Shown here in pieces: positions 14,072 through 26,878 of a stretch of DNA of 64,000 bases. The DNA lies in contig NC_043013.1 in assembly GCF_006345805.1 (NCBI RefSeq), forward strand, positions 2,356,001 through 2,420,000. Reading direction: 5' to 3'. Both the position numbers and the translations under genes were made by a program. Below the pieces are notes generated by a model. It was given only the letters and a program-made list of their open reading frames with translations, made no database searches and was not told the origin of the DNA. This DNA is from Octopus sinensis. Taxonomy: Eukaryota. Positions within the stretch are counted from its first letter, which is position 1; every line of letters begins with the position of its first letter.

Positions 14072-14274
14072 GGAGCTTTCTCCGTCCGGGTTGCGGATCC
14101 GTGGAACAAGCTGCCAGACGAGATGGTGAAGATGCTGACGACCGCTTTGTTCAAAGCCTCCCTGGACCTCAAGTGGCCTGAACTCTTTACATGAACACCA
14201 CCCTGTACTTAACTCCATGTCCCCCTACATGGCCTTGCTATTTGCTTTTGAGCCAAATTAACTAACTAACTAAC
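14072..14274 (+). mobile_element. 5'-truncated CR1/L2-type LINE 3' end: ORF2 C-terminus [40 protein letters not shown], short UTR, (TAAC)n tail
   Basis: The FSxRVxxxWNxLP...FKxxLD motif is characteristic of CR1-group ORF2 ends. Stop at 14192-14194. Tail is taactaactaactaac. Confidence 0.85.
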
Positions 14275-15219
14275 ATATATATATGTTTGGATTAACTATG
14301 TAAATATATATATATGAACATATTTATATATATAAATATACATATGTATATGTACATATATATATACATGTGTGTGTGTGTGTGTGCGTGTGTGTGTGTG
14401 TGTGTGTGTATATATTATTATTATTATTATTTGACTATTCAATCAAATGTAATATTTTTTTTTTATTCATGTTTTCAATTTATCTTCCTAGATTCAATAG
14501 GCAGAAACTGAGACGTATTGTGTGTGTGTGTGTGTGTTCTTGCTTTAACATTGTGACAGACGTAAACAAGCATCCCTGTTATACAAGTAGTTGGTGTCCA
14601 TCTTCAGTGAAAACGCATTTGGCCAAGTGAGTGACAGGAAAAACGTCTAACCGTCGAAAGTCCCTCGCAACAAAGCCCTGTCTAAACCAGGCGAGCATAG
14701 ACGGTATGATGATGATGATGATTATGATGATATATACACTAACAAATAGACAGACACATGGTACAGAGATGCTTCTTGTGTCCATGTTGCGATAGCAACC
14801 CTTAGGTAGCAGAAACCAGCTGACACAATCCCATCAAATAAGCATTCAATACATTAGTGCATTGTTTTGCATCCTATGTTTTATGCACATCGACTCATAT
14901 ATCTTACATTTTGATATTTCTATCTATCAAAAAGGCAGTGGGCTGGCAGAATGGTTAGATTGCTGGGAAAAAGATTCAGCAGCATTTTTGTCCGTCTTTA
15001 TGCTCCGAGTTCAAATTCTGTCAAGATCAACTTTGCCTTTCATCCTGTTGGGCTCAATAAAATAAGTACCATTTGAGTACTGGGGGTCAATGTAATCAAC
15101 TTACCCTGTTCACCAAAATTGCTAACCTTGGGCCAAAATTTGAAATCAATACTCTCCTCTATTAAAATGTATGCATATGTGCATATATGTGTGTGTGTGT
15201 ATATATATATTTAAGAGGG

Positions 15220-15897
15220 TGGAGTTAAATGCAGGTTTTATTCAAATCTTTTTACTTCCAACATATGTTTCGAAGAAAACATTGGTTTTAATCCAGAAGG
15301 CATAAAATAATGTAAAACAATGCAATCTTCTCATTAGAGAAAGAAACCAAACACATCAATAAGCCATTTTAACAGAATGTGATGACTGTGTATATGATGA
15401 AGGGAATACCAGCAAGTTTTTTTTTTTTTAACTGTAAATAGATATATTGTCAAAGGTAGTTTTTAGAAAGAGGAGGAGAAAGAAAGAAATCAGCAGAAAA
15501 CTAATAGTGGAAAGATAAAGAGCGATAGGTGAATAGGAATAAAGCTTAAAGTCTTGGAAGTAGATATATTTAGTAGAAGGGAAATGCAAGAAGACAGTCA
15601 AAGGTCGAATTTTATAGACTGGTAGAAATCACTTATAGGAACTAAAGGTATGTTTCTGCTAATGTTTGCAATGATAAACGTGTTCTATAAACATGTCTAC
15701 TAGAGGATTCTCTGAGTATAGGATGAAATACATTTCATCGATACAAAGCAGACAAAAAGATTTACTTTTATCATACAGAAATGATATAGATAGAACATTT
15801 CATTCCAAATCAAATTCCTTCTGGAATAATGTCAAGGTTTTCTTCGAAACATATATCAGAAGTAAAACGATTTGAGTAACACTTACATTTAACTCCA
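15220..15897. mobile_element. Penelope-like fold-back remnant with a degenerate hammerhead
   Basis: Imperfect inverted arms 15220-15300 / 15817-15897. The minus strand at 15255-15342 reads ttct-CTAATGA-gaaga...tcttc-GAAA-catatg-TT-ggaa. Confidence 0.65.
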
Positions 15898-16763
15898 TTT
15901 ATTTATGTTACACAAAATCATTTCATCAAACCCTGGCATTTCTACCTTTATAAGTAGGCTGTTACATCCTTGGTAATTGTGTACCTACATTCTCAGCACA
16001 ACACCATCACAACTGTTATTTATGCCCATTGCCATAAACCAATTACATCTCCCCAGCCATCACATCTGTTACTTTGATCTTGCAATTGTCTGCATTGAAA
16101 TTAGTAGCAATAAATTAGTAGTAGTGGTATAACTAATGGTAATTAGGTAGTGGTGCTGGGAAAGAGAATTACAAGTTCAACTGTAGGATCACCAATTTGA
16201 TATAGGAGATCTTCTATCATTCAGTTTTTTTTAAACTCTGCTTACAAACAACTGAGAACATTCCTAAAAGAAACAACCAAACAGATATCAATGAAAAAAT
16301 TATTATCCATGAGCAGAAGACTTTACACTTCAATAAGGAATCTACTTGATTTAACATTTAAACATTTAAACCAGCTGCATCAAGCCCAAATAGTCTACCT
16401 GTTATAGGTTCAAAATGGCCAGATCTGTCCTCTACATACCTACTGCAAACTGCTGACTTCCACTACATCACACAGGGTATCTCCTACAATGTGAACTATG
16501 GTTCTTTGATCTAAGGGCTAGCTGTTGCTATTGCAATGGTCCGCACTGATAAAATGTAATTTCCCATAATATCAGTTGTAATTCTCAGGTCACAAATGCA
16601 AATAAGCATTTTATTTTTGATGCTGTTTCTGAAGTACAGCCATGAAAGAGATGGTCATCAAGGAATTTACAAAACCATGTCTGCATGCCACACACACAAA
16701 CACACACACACACACATATATATATATTATATATATATATATATATATAATATAATATATATT

Positions 16764-16975
16764 ACTCTTTTACTTGTTTCAGTCATTTGACTGCAGCCAT
16801 GCTGGAGCACCGCCTTTAATCGAGCAACTCGACCCGGGACTTATTCTTTTGTAAGCCCAGTACTTATTCTATCGGTCTCTTTTGCCGAACCGCTAAGTGA
16901 CGGGGACGTAAACACACCAGCATCGGTTGTCAAGCAATGCTAGGGGGACAAACACAGACACACAACGCATATATA

Positions 16976-17020
<45 letters not shown>

Positions 17021-17228
17021 ATATTACTCTTTTACTTGTTTCAGTCATTTGACTGAAGCCATGCTGGAGCACCGCCTTTAATCGAGCAACTCGACCCGGG
17101 ATTATTCTTTTGTAAGCCCAGTACTTATTCTATCGGTCTCTTTTGCCGAACCGCTAAGTGACGGGGACGTAAAACAACCAGCATCGGTGTCAAGCAATGC
17201 TAGGGGGACAAACACAGACACACAACGC

Positions 17229-17259
<31 letters not shown>

Positions 17260-17439
17260 GATAATATATATATATATACGACGGGGTTTTTCAGTTTCCG
17301 TCTACCAAATCCACTCACAAGGCTTTGGTCGGCCGAGGTTATAGTAGAAGACACTTGCACAAGGTGCCACGCAGTGGGACTGAACCCGGAACCATGTGGC
17401 TGGTAAACAAGCTACTTACCACACAGCCACTCCTGCGCC
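16764..17439 (-). mobile_element. SINE family A with a tandemly duplicated 3' half (16764-16970 and 17026-17439)
   Basis: Near-identical ~210-bp blocks separated by (TA)n. Confidence 0.9.
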
Positions 17440-17465
17440 TATATATATATATATATATATATAAA

Positions 17466-17685
17466 AAATTAATAATTATATACATGTGTATATAATTATA
17501 TCAAGGGAGCAAGGGCGAAAATGACCTCTCTCCAACATACTTGAAATGCAGAGGCACTCAAATACTACCAGGAAGTATTTGATAATATTTAAAGTGCCTC
17601 AGCATTTCAAGCATGTTGAGATAGGTCATTTTTTGCCCTTGTTCCCTTAATATAATTATATACATATACATATAATTATTAATTT
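17466..17685. repeat. Imperfect fold-back (~100-bp arms), probable Penelope-like terminal remnant
   Basis: aagggagcaagggcgaaaatgacct...ttgaaatgcagaggcact versus agtgcctcagcatttcaa...aggtcattttttgcccttgttccctt. Confidence 0.8.
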
Positions 17686-17822
17686 AATGTATAAATTACC
17701 TATAAATATTTTGTAGCATGCTGACTACCTGATAAAAATCATTAACATGATTTTATCCTTATATTCTATATATATATTACGGAGATGTACTTGCACAGCA
17801 AGTGACTTGATCTGAAACAAAA

Positions 17823-18066
17823 ACAATTGCAGCGTGGACAGTGTTTATAAGCCATTTAAAAACACAAAATCCTTTAGATTAACTTCAACATTTAAATTCA
17901 ATTTGTCAAAATATTTTCGTCACTTTGAAACCATGACAGGTTCACTGAAAAAATTCTGTGCTGCATCAAAGCAACGAAAATATTTTGACAAATTTAAATG
18001 TTGAAGTGAATCTAACGGTTTTTGTGTTTTTAAATGGCTTGTAAACACTTTCCACACTGCAATTGT
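17823..18066. repeat. Imperfect fold-back (~105-bp arms); a single-arm copy of the same family lies at 51421-51555
   Basis: acaattgcagcgtgga...tttgtcaaaatattttcgt versus acgaaaatattttgacaaa...tccacactgcaattgt. Confidence 0.85.
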
Positions 18067-18074
18067 GTGTGTAT

Positions 18075-18450
18075 AGTGGCTGTGTGGTAAGTAGCTTGTT
18101 TACCAACCACATGGTTCCGGGTTCAGTCCCACTGCATGGCACCTTGGGCAAGTGTCTTCTACTATAGCCTCGGGCCGACCAAATCCTTGTGAGTGGATTT
18201 GGTAGACGGAAACTGAAAGAAGCCCGTCATATATATGTATATATATATATGCGTGTGTGTGTTTGTCTCCCTAACATCACTTGACAACCGATGCTGGTGT
18301 GTTTATGTCCCCGTTACTTAGCGGTTCGGCAAAAGAGACCGATAGAATAAGTACTGGGCTTATAAAAGAATAAGTCCCGGGGTCGAGTTGCTCGATTAAA
18401 GGCGGTACTCCAGCATGGCCACAGTCAAATGACTGAAACAAGTAAAAGAG
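18075..18450 (+). mobile_element. SINE family A (more copies: 20381-20720 +, 21680-22014 -, 42832-43157 -, 62366-62710 +; partials at ~4.1, 28.6, 38.9, 41.7, 46.5, 62.8, 63.7 kb)
   Basis: Same head, body and tail as 13225-13622, on the opposite strand. Confidence 0.92.
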
Positions 18451-19629
18451 AGTATGTATATATAATCATCATTAAGATTTATCGTCCGGTTGCTATGGTG
18501 ACATGAGTTGGAATGTTTCACAGGAACTGGTATGGTTAGGGGGTGACACCAGGTCATAGTCTGTTTTAAACTGGTTTCTACAACTGGATGCCCTTCCTAA
18601 TGCCAGCCACTCCTACATGGCACCAGCATCCACATCAATGCTTTTTACCAGGCACCTTCAATTTAGGATCTCAACTCTGTTGTGGTAGGTGGGTTTTGTT
18701 GAGTGCAGAAATATGCCACATGTCTCAGTTCTCTCTCATAAATATATATGTATATGTGCTTGTATGTTTGTTTCTGGGGGTTTTTTTCCCCTCTTAGCTT
18801 TAGAACAGGCATGGACAGCCATTTTTTTTTTTTATGAGAAGTGATAAGCAACAAGATAATATGGCTTATTATAAGGCAAGCTGCAACAGCTAAAAAACGC
18901 CCAAGGTCATTTTTTTGTTGGTGTGCCAGTCAGAAAATCCTGCGGGGCCACCTTGCCCACGACTGCTTTTACAACTTGTTCCCTAAGGTAGATATCAATA
19001 ACAGAACACTACTACTTGCATATTTTCACTGTTCTGTTTATAGATTCAATTTGCATAATACATGTTAGATGGTCTTTTTCTTAACCAGAAACCCACCTGT
19101 TCAAGATTACTGTTTAAACGGTTACTTAGCAACCTAAGAAGTAGTATCCTATGGTTATGGATTCAAATGTGAATTTCTGAGTACTGGATATACTCTAAGT
19201 TTTGAAGTGGCTTCTCATAAATGTTCTTTTTCTCATTGATTCTTAATGCAATATTCACACACAAATATTTATACATTTGCATGTAGCCACACAGAAGAAA
19301 ATAACACAAACACACATACATGAATAATCTCACAGAAAATACCATCCAATGGTCCTGTACTAGTTCTCTCACTACAACCAGTCTCTCTGGCCAAATCTTC
19401 TAAACCCTGACTGGAGCCTTACTTCACCCCTTTCTTACTCTCTTCTGTGCTACTAACTGTACTCCCTAGACATCATCTTCTATAGAGCCTCCAATTTTAT
19501 TAGCTACCCACACACACCATCTCTTTCATTTATACCAAGCCCCTAAACTAACAAAAACAACTGACTTGGGAACCAGAGACCCTTCCACACCTTCACCAGT
19601 ATGACAGGTGGCAATATACATAAATATAT

Positions 19630-19697
<68 letters not shown>

Positions 19698-22016
19698 GAG
19701 TGTACAGTGCTTGAGTACCAAAAGTGAGTGAGGTGTGTGTGTGTGTGTGTGTGGTTAGTTATATTGGTAACAAAATATACATATTTACACCTCATACCCA
19801 CTGACCATCCCACCCTGGGTATTGTTCTCATTTCTTCTCACACATCCAGCTCACCTCAACCTCTATAAATGTTTCTTTACACAACACTAATTTATATCAT
19901 TTGGTGAATTTTAATGACACCAGTCACAACTTCCTAAACAACAACAAGAACAACAACAAGCATAGGCCAATGAAGAAGTTTGTATGTGGTCACTGAATCT
20001 GCTAGAAATAGCAGCAAACTTTAAAAAAACAGGAAGGACATACTGAATGCTGTAGCCCAAGATAAACTGTGACTGAAATGTCATTGACCATAGATCTGCT
20101 TGATGAGAGCCAACCTGGGGTTAAATACAAAAAACTCTTTATGTGGTCAAATGTCTTGCTAGAAATAGCAATAAAATATCCCTAAAATCTGCTATCTTAA
20201 AAAAAAAAACAACAGAAAAGACACAGTAGATAGTGTAGTCCAAGATTATTCATTGATGGTCATGGCTGGTATGCCTTTGATCATATGTTTGCTCAGACAA
20301 GATCGACCTAGAAAGAATAAATTCTCAACTACCAAGAATTACCTCCTTTAGAATCACTTAAAAAATCTCCACAACTGCAGACACAGGTGTGGCTGTCTGG
20401 TAAGACGTTTCCTTCCTAAACACATGGTTCTGAGTTCAGTCCCACTGCGTGGCACCTTGGGCATGTATCTTCTACTATAGCCCACAAAAGCCTTGTAAGT
20501 GAATTTGGTAGACAGAAAGTGAAAGGAGCCCATTGTGTGTGTGTGTGTGTGTGGGTGGGTTTGTTTATGTCCTTGTAACTTAGCAGTTCAGCCAAAGGCA
20601 ACAAACGAATAAGCACTAGGCTTTAGAAAAACGAGTCCTGGGATTGGTTCCTTCAACTAAAAATTCAAGTCAGTGCTCCAGTATGGTCGCAGTCTAATGA
20701 TTGAAATCAGTAAAGGATAAAACTGCACTTCGGCCACTAGCAGCAGCAGCACCACCACTGCACAACTACCTACACATATACTAAAATGTAAAACCCGTGC
20801 CAAACAAAGCGATATGTTCTGATATAGCAATGCTGGCAGTTGTTTAAGTCCAGTTGGAAGCCTGCCATGCTTCACCACTACACCTCACCCCTTCGCACAC
20901 TGCATTCTTTTATAAAGCCATACCCCACTGCCTTAACTGAATATCGCTCCACCCTACTCTTCCGGCTCTGCCCGGACTACTTCATACAATCGTATCACTC
21001 GACTCCACCACACGCATTGCTCGGTAACCCACTACCATACACTACAATGTCCTGACCGCACGGGCATAAAACCATGACACACCACACTGTTGTGTAACAG
21101 TACACAACCACACTGACACCTCACACTGGGGCAGGACACTTTCCTACCCCTACCCCCACCCATGGCTGCATTACATCACTCTGGCTTACATTTCACTAAA
21201 CCTAAACAACACAACCTATTCTACTCAAAATGACCATTCACTGCAGCATAAAATACTGTGGTGTGTATATAATCTTAGACTGCGATGTGTATATAGAGAG
21301 GTACACAACAAAGTGTGTGTGTGTGCGTGTACACACTTTAAGTTCGTTTATGGGGAATGTTTTGAATATGCATATAAAAGCCCCCTGTTATTTTATGTCG
21401 GCTATAGCCTAATGATGCCAAATGACGATACCAGTTTTTTAGGGTTGCACTGAGCTGTGCCGATATAATCTCTCTCTATATAAACGGCAAAATGTCTGTG
21501 TGTGTGTCCTTTATACAAATCCACAATTTTTCAGTTAGAGGGCTCGCACTTTCTATGGTCATTCAAAACCGTCCAAGGGTGGTCATGCACATCTTTACAT
21601 TTCCCCAGTCACCCCGCAAAGCCATTAAAAATTCAATAGAAGTGACTTTTTTCTGAATTTTCTATCCAAAACCCAATCCCATGCTGGGGCACCACCTTTA
21701 GTCGAGCAATTCGACCCCAGGACTTATTCTTTGTAAGCCTAGTACTTATTCTATCAGTTCTTTTGCCAAACTGCTAAGTTAGGGGGATGCAAACACACCA
21801 ACATCAGTTGTCAAGCAATGGTGGGGGGAACAAATACACACACACACACATGATGGACTTCTTTCAGTTTGCACCTACCAAATCCACTCGCGATTCTTTG
21901 GTCAGCCTCAGGCTATGGTAGTAGAAGAAACTTGCCCAAGGTGCCACACAATAGGACAATCCGGGACCACGTGGTTGGGAAGCAAGCTTCTTACCACACA
22001 GCCATGCCTGTGCCTT

Positions 22017-22064
<48 letters not shown>

Positions 22065-22136
22065 GTGTGTGCATACATACATAAATACATACATACCTAT
22101 ATTGACATATAGATATACTTATACATTTACATACAA

Positions 22137-22192
<56 letters not shown>

Positions 22193-22195
<3 letters not shown>

Positions 22196-22525
22196 GGTGC
22201 ATGGCTCAGTGGTTAGAGCATCGACCTTACGATCGTGAGGCTGTGAGTTTGAATCCCTGACCGGGCTGCGTGTTGTGTTCTTGAGCCAGCCACTTTATTT
22301 CCCGTTGCTCCAGTTCACTCAGCTGTAGAAACGAGTGTGACATCACAGGTGCCAAGCTGTATCGGCCCTTGCCTTTTCTTTGGATAACATTGGTGGCGCA
22401 GAGAGGGGAGGCTGGTATGCATGGGCGACTGCTGGCCTCCCATAAACAACCTTGCCCAGACTTTTGCCTGGGAGGGTAACTTTCTAGGTGCAATCCCATG
22501 GTCAGTCATGACTGAAAGGGGTCTC
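22193..22525 (+). mobile_element. tRNA-derived SINE family C (also 53605-53930 -; related heads at 5102-5410 and 24318-24490)
   Basis: A-box tggctcagtggttagag and B-box gagtttgaatccc. The body matches the reverse complement of 53605-53930. Confidence 0.85.
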
Positions 22526-22528
22526 AGC

Positions 22529-22601
<73 letters not shown>

Positions 22602-22861
22602 ATTTATCCATAAATCAATTCTGATCAAGCACAGCTATGGTTACATGTATTCCAACTTTGGTCAACCCCTACTTTTTTTCTAGGCATGGCATAACTAGGG
22701 CTACATATGTAATGTGTCCTTTTTTTCCCTCCATTTTTCAAATAGTATGGGGTGGTACAGAAATTTGGCTGCTATTTCTAGCAGATTGAGTAAAGTTGTA
22801 GCTGACTTTTTCATTCACAAATAAAAAGGCTGTGCATATATGTATGCATATGCATGCATAA

Positions 22862-22904
<43 letters not shown>

Positions 22905-23291
22905 CACACATACATATATACACATAAGTCTACGTTGATTAACATATGTATTGGTAAAAGGTTATAATGTACACAGACTAATAGTAAATGTGATATGTAT
23001 ATAGTAATAAATCCTGTGTATAGTATAAGAGAGAGAGAGAGAGAGAGAGCATGGTATCGTATATATTTATAGAGATGTGATATACAGTTTACCAGAAATG
23101 GAAGAGGAACGGATAATTGCCATATATAAATAGTATTTAGTTTCATTCATTTACATTCCTGGTTCAAATCTCTGCAACAGTTTACTTTTCATTTCCTGGT
23201 CATCCATTCTGTGGGGTTTTGATTTAATATTAGTAACATACTAATTGATTACACTATTTCCTCTGCAAAAGTTTGCATGGCCTCCAGGTTA

Positions 23292-23323
<32 letters not shown>

Positions 23324-23440
23324 GCAGGGGTGGTAGTGTCGGTGACTAGTAAGTAAATATATTTAAATCTGAATATCAGTTCCTTACATGTGTGTTTGCT
23401 ATGTAGGTTGAGATTCACACTCTACATAACATGCATGCAT

Positions 23441-23503
<63 letters not shown>

Positions 23504-25791
23504 GCTGTGAAGCTTTATAAGAGACTCAGGGGCTTCTGTTATTGCACAAGAATGTAAACATATATTTGTATATTTTGAAGACAGAGCTCCAGTATGGCCA
23601 GCATTATGATGGCTGAAATAAAAGCAGAACAACAGATGCAAACACAAGCACATATACATACATATACACACATATACATACATATACACACATATACATA
23701 CATATACACACGTCAATACACATTTAGATACCAAAAACTGAAACGCACAAACAAGCTGTCTTCTCCTGATCTATCTCAAAGGTCAGTAACTCCAAATAAC
23801 TTAAGCCGTAATGTAAAATTATTATACACACAAACATACATGCATGCACCCACATATATACATACATACATGCACATTTATATATATATATATATATTTC
23901 TGAGAAGCCACTTCTAAGTGCAGTGTACAATGGAAAATACTAGAAGTGGGAGAAATGAAAACCATACAAAAGTGGTTGTCAAAACTGTAATTCATGCACT
24001 GCTGAAAAAAGATTAATATTGAAATACTCAAAGGAATCAGATGTTTACCATAATTCATAGTTGAAACAAAAAAAATCCAGAAAATGCAGTCATAAATAAA
24101 ATAAAATATGTCCTTGGGAATCAGACCTTGGAAAACTGGGAATCACACCTTGGAACCAGCACAACAACAGATTCGAGAATGTTAACTGCACTTAAACCTC
24201 TATCTTCTGGTTTTACTCATTAACATTTGTTCTCCACCTTGCACTCCAGATTATAGATGCTCTATAATCTATAATCTCTACCACTAGCCACCCTTATATC
24301 TATCTGTCTGTCTGTTGTGAAGGTGCATGGCCTAGTTGTTAGGATATTGCACTCACAATTAGGAGATTGTGGTTTTGATTCCCAGACCAGCTGTGCATTG
24401 AGTTCTTGAGCAAAACACTTCATTTCATGTTGCTCTGTCCACTCACCTGTACATGGATAACCTTGTGACAGATTGGCATACAAGGGTGAGATGGTGACTC
24501 AGGAAAATAGTTTGAATGGAGATCTTACAAGCCACATTTTGTATTCAGCAATCAAAAGGATGAACAGTACAATTTGTACTGTGAATCCTGATTGGTTGGG
24601 GTTGGTTGTTCAACAACATCATAAGTTGATCGATGATCTGCCTGACTGCCTGTCTATCTCTCACTCTCTCTCTATCAATCTATTCATATTTTTATATCTG
24701 TTCATCAACCAAGCTATCTATCCATCTATCTAACTTTCCTCATCTCCCTACTCTTTCCTTTTCCTTATTACGTTTTTTTTCCTCTTCTTTTTTCTCATTC
24801 TTTTCTTTCCATCTTCCATTCTAATTTCCAAACTAGTCACAATTCCTACCAAAAGAAGGGAGATAAACCCTTAGGTAAAAATCTAGGTTATTCCCTTCCC
24901 CTTTCCCTCCAACTCTATTTTCACCATCATACCCAGATTACTCTAATCTTTATAATAATAATTTCTGCTTTTATCTACACTGAAAGAAGACTCTCTCATG
25001 AGATCTAGGACAGCCTGCTCTAGATAATTATCTTACTATGACATACCACACAAAGCAATTTGTATCCTAACGGTTGATGGTATTACGTGATTAAGCTCTA
25101 CCAAACCAGTATTGAGTACTCTAGTTACAAATGCATTTGGGCTTTGTGTGTGTGTATGTGTGTGTGTGTGTGTGTGGATATATTTCATATGGAGGATGCA
25201 AGGCTGCTCCTACAATCGTTACAGCTCTGGTTGTAGCATTGGAGACACCTTAGCTCCATGGCTAAGGATATCTGCAATGCTATAAATGCGTGCCTGTGTG
25301 TATATATATATATGTATGTATATGTGTAGAGATACATATAAATGTGTCTGTGTATATGTGATACATATGGGTGTGTGCATATATATGCACACACACACAC
25401 ACACAAATACACACACACATATGCATATATACATTAGCATTTATACAAATTCACATAAGCAGGTGAGGGAATATACATTCACAAGTATGTTACACAATTT
25501 CACTCCACCAACATCGCATTCCTCTATCACCCCACCGAAACCATCATGCTAGGGTAGCAGACATAACAATTCCATTCTTGGTGAGAGGGATAAAGCGTAT
25601 CACAGAGATGGTGTGGTGTGGAGGAGGGGAAGAAGGGTTGGTGCTTTCCTGCGCCACCACCACCATCTCACATACCTCCTTTATATCTCTCTCTACATTC
25701 CTGGAGCCAGGTGGCTAGGGGGTGTGAAGGCGAGGGTGAAGGTGGGGGTGTGAATACTCGCAAATACGCAACGTTAACACAGCAGCTGTGT

Positions 25792-25825
<34 letters not shown>

Positions 25826-26565
25826 CTATGTTTCAGTTTATGCAGCAACACATACGCATGTGCTTACACACACACATACCTGCATGCATGTATGTGTGTA
25901 TTTACATACATATACACATACATACACACATGTATGGCACACAGATACACCAAATTGTATAGGCTTTTAACAAACACACACATACATACACATGCATATA
26001 CTGACATCTACACCCATAAAGATGAAACCACATCCAGTGTATGCGTGCATATGCACATGTGTGTGTAAATGTTTGTATGCATGTGTGAGTGTATACACAC
26101 ACACATGCATGCATACATACAATTACACACACAATATCAGCAAGCATACATATATAAACTGTACATAAGTCATCTTGTAGAGAGTAGCATACTTGCAAAC
26201 ATGCACTGGTATATAACACACACCACATTGATTGACGTGTATGCTAATGTGTGTGTGTGTGTGTGTGTAGAGCAAGAGAGAGAGAGAGAGAGACATGCAC
26301 ACACATACACAGACACGTGTACACGCAAATACAAATGAGCCGAGGAACCGTACATATGGTCAATCAACGTGTCAGAAACAGCAGCCAAACTTCCCTCAAA
26401 TCATACCCCTACCCTCTTATGGCAGAACACGACACATTATAGGATAGCATATAGGCCTTGCTGCACATCCTTAAAATACGACTGGATGGTTCCAGCTGGA
26501 ATGTCTTGGATCATAAGGCTTACTTAATCAATTCCAAACTAAGATTGAACAACACAAATGTATAT

Positions 26566-26599
<34 letters not shown>

Positions 26600-26840
26600 G
26601 CATATGTACATGCACACAAAAACTTCCATACAGTAAATACCACAGAAACAGACAAGTCCATACGTTTCCAACAACATGCTCTCGCCTCTCACTCACTCAC
26701 TCACTCTCTCTCATTTTCATCTATTCTTCTCTTCCTTTTTCACCCTCTCTCATTGACACTAGTGTTTCTTAGTCTCCCTCTTCTCCTTTTATACTTTATA
26801 TCATCCTTTCAGTCTATCTTCACTATACTATTTCGTACTA

Positions 26841-26878
<38 letters not shown>

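Noticed and set aside
22193-22270. tRNA gene
   Set aside because: A/B boxes are present but continue into a SINE body shared by other copies, and there is no intact cloverleaf.
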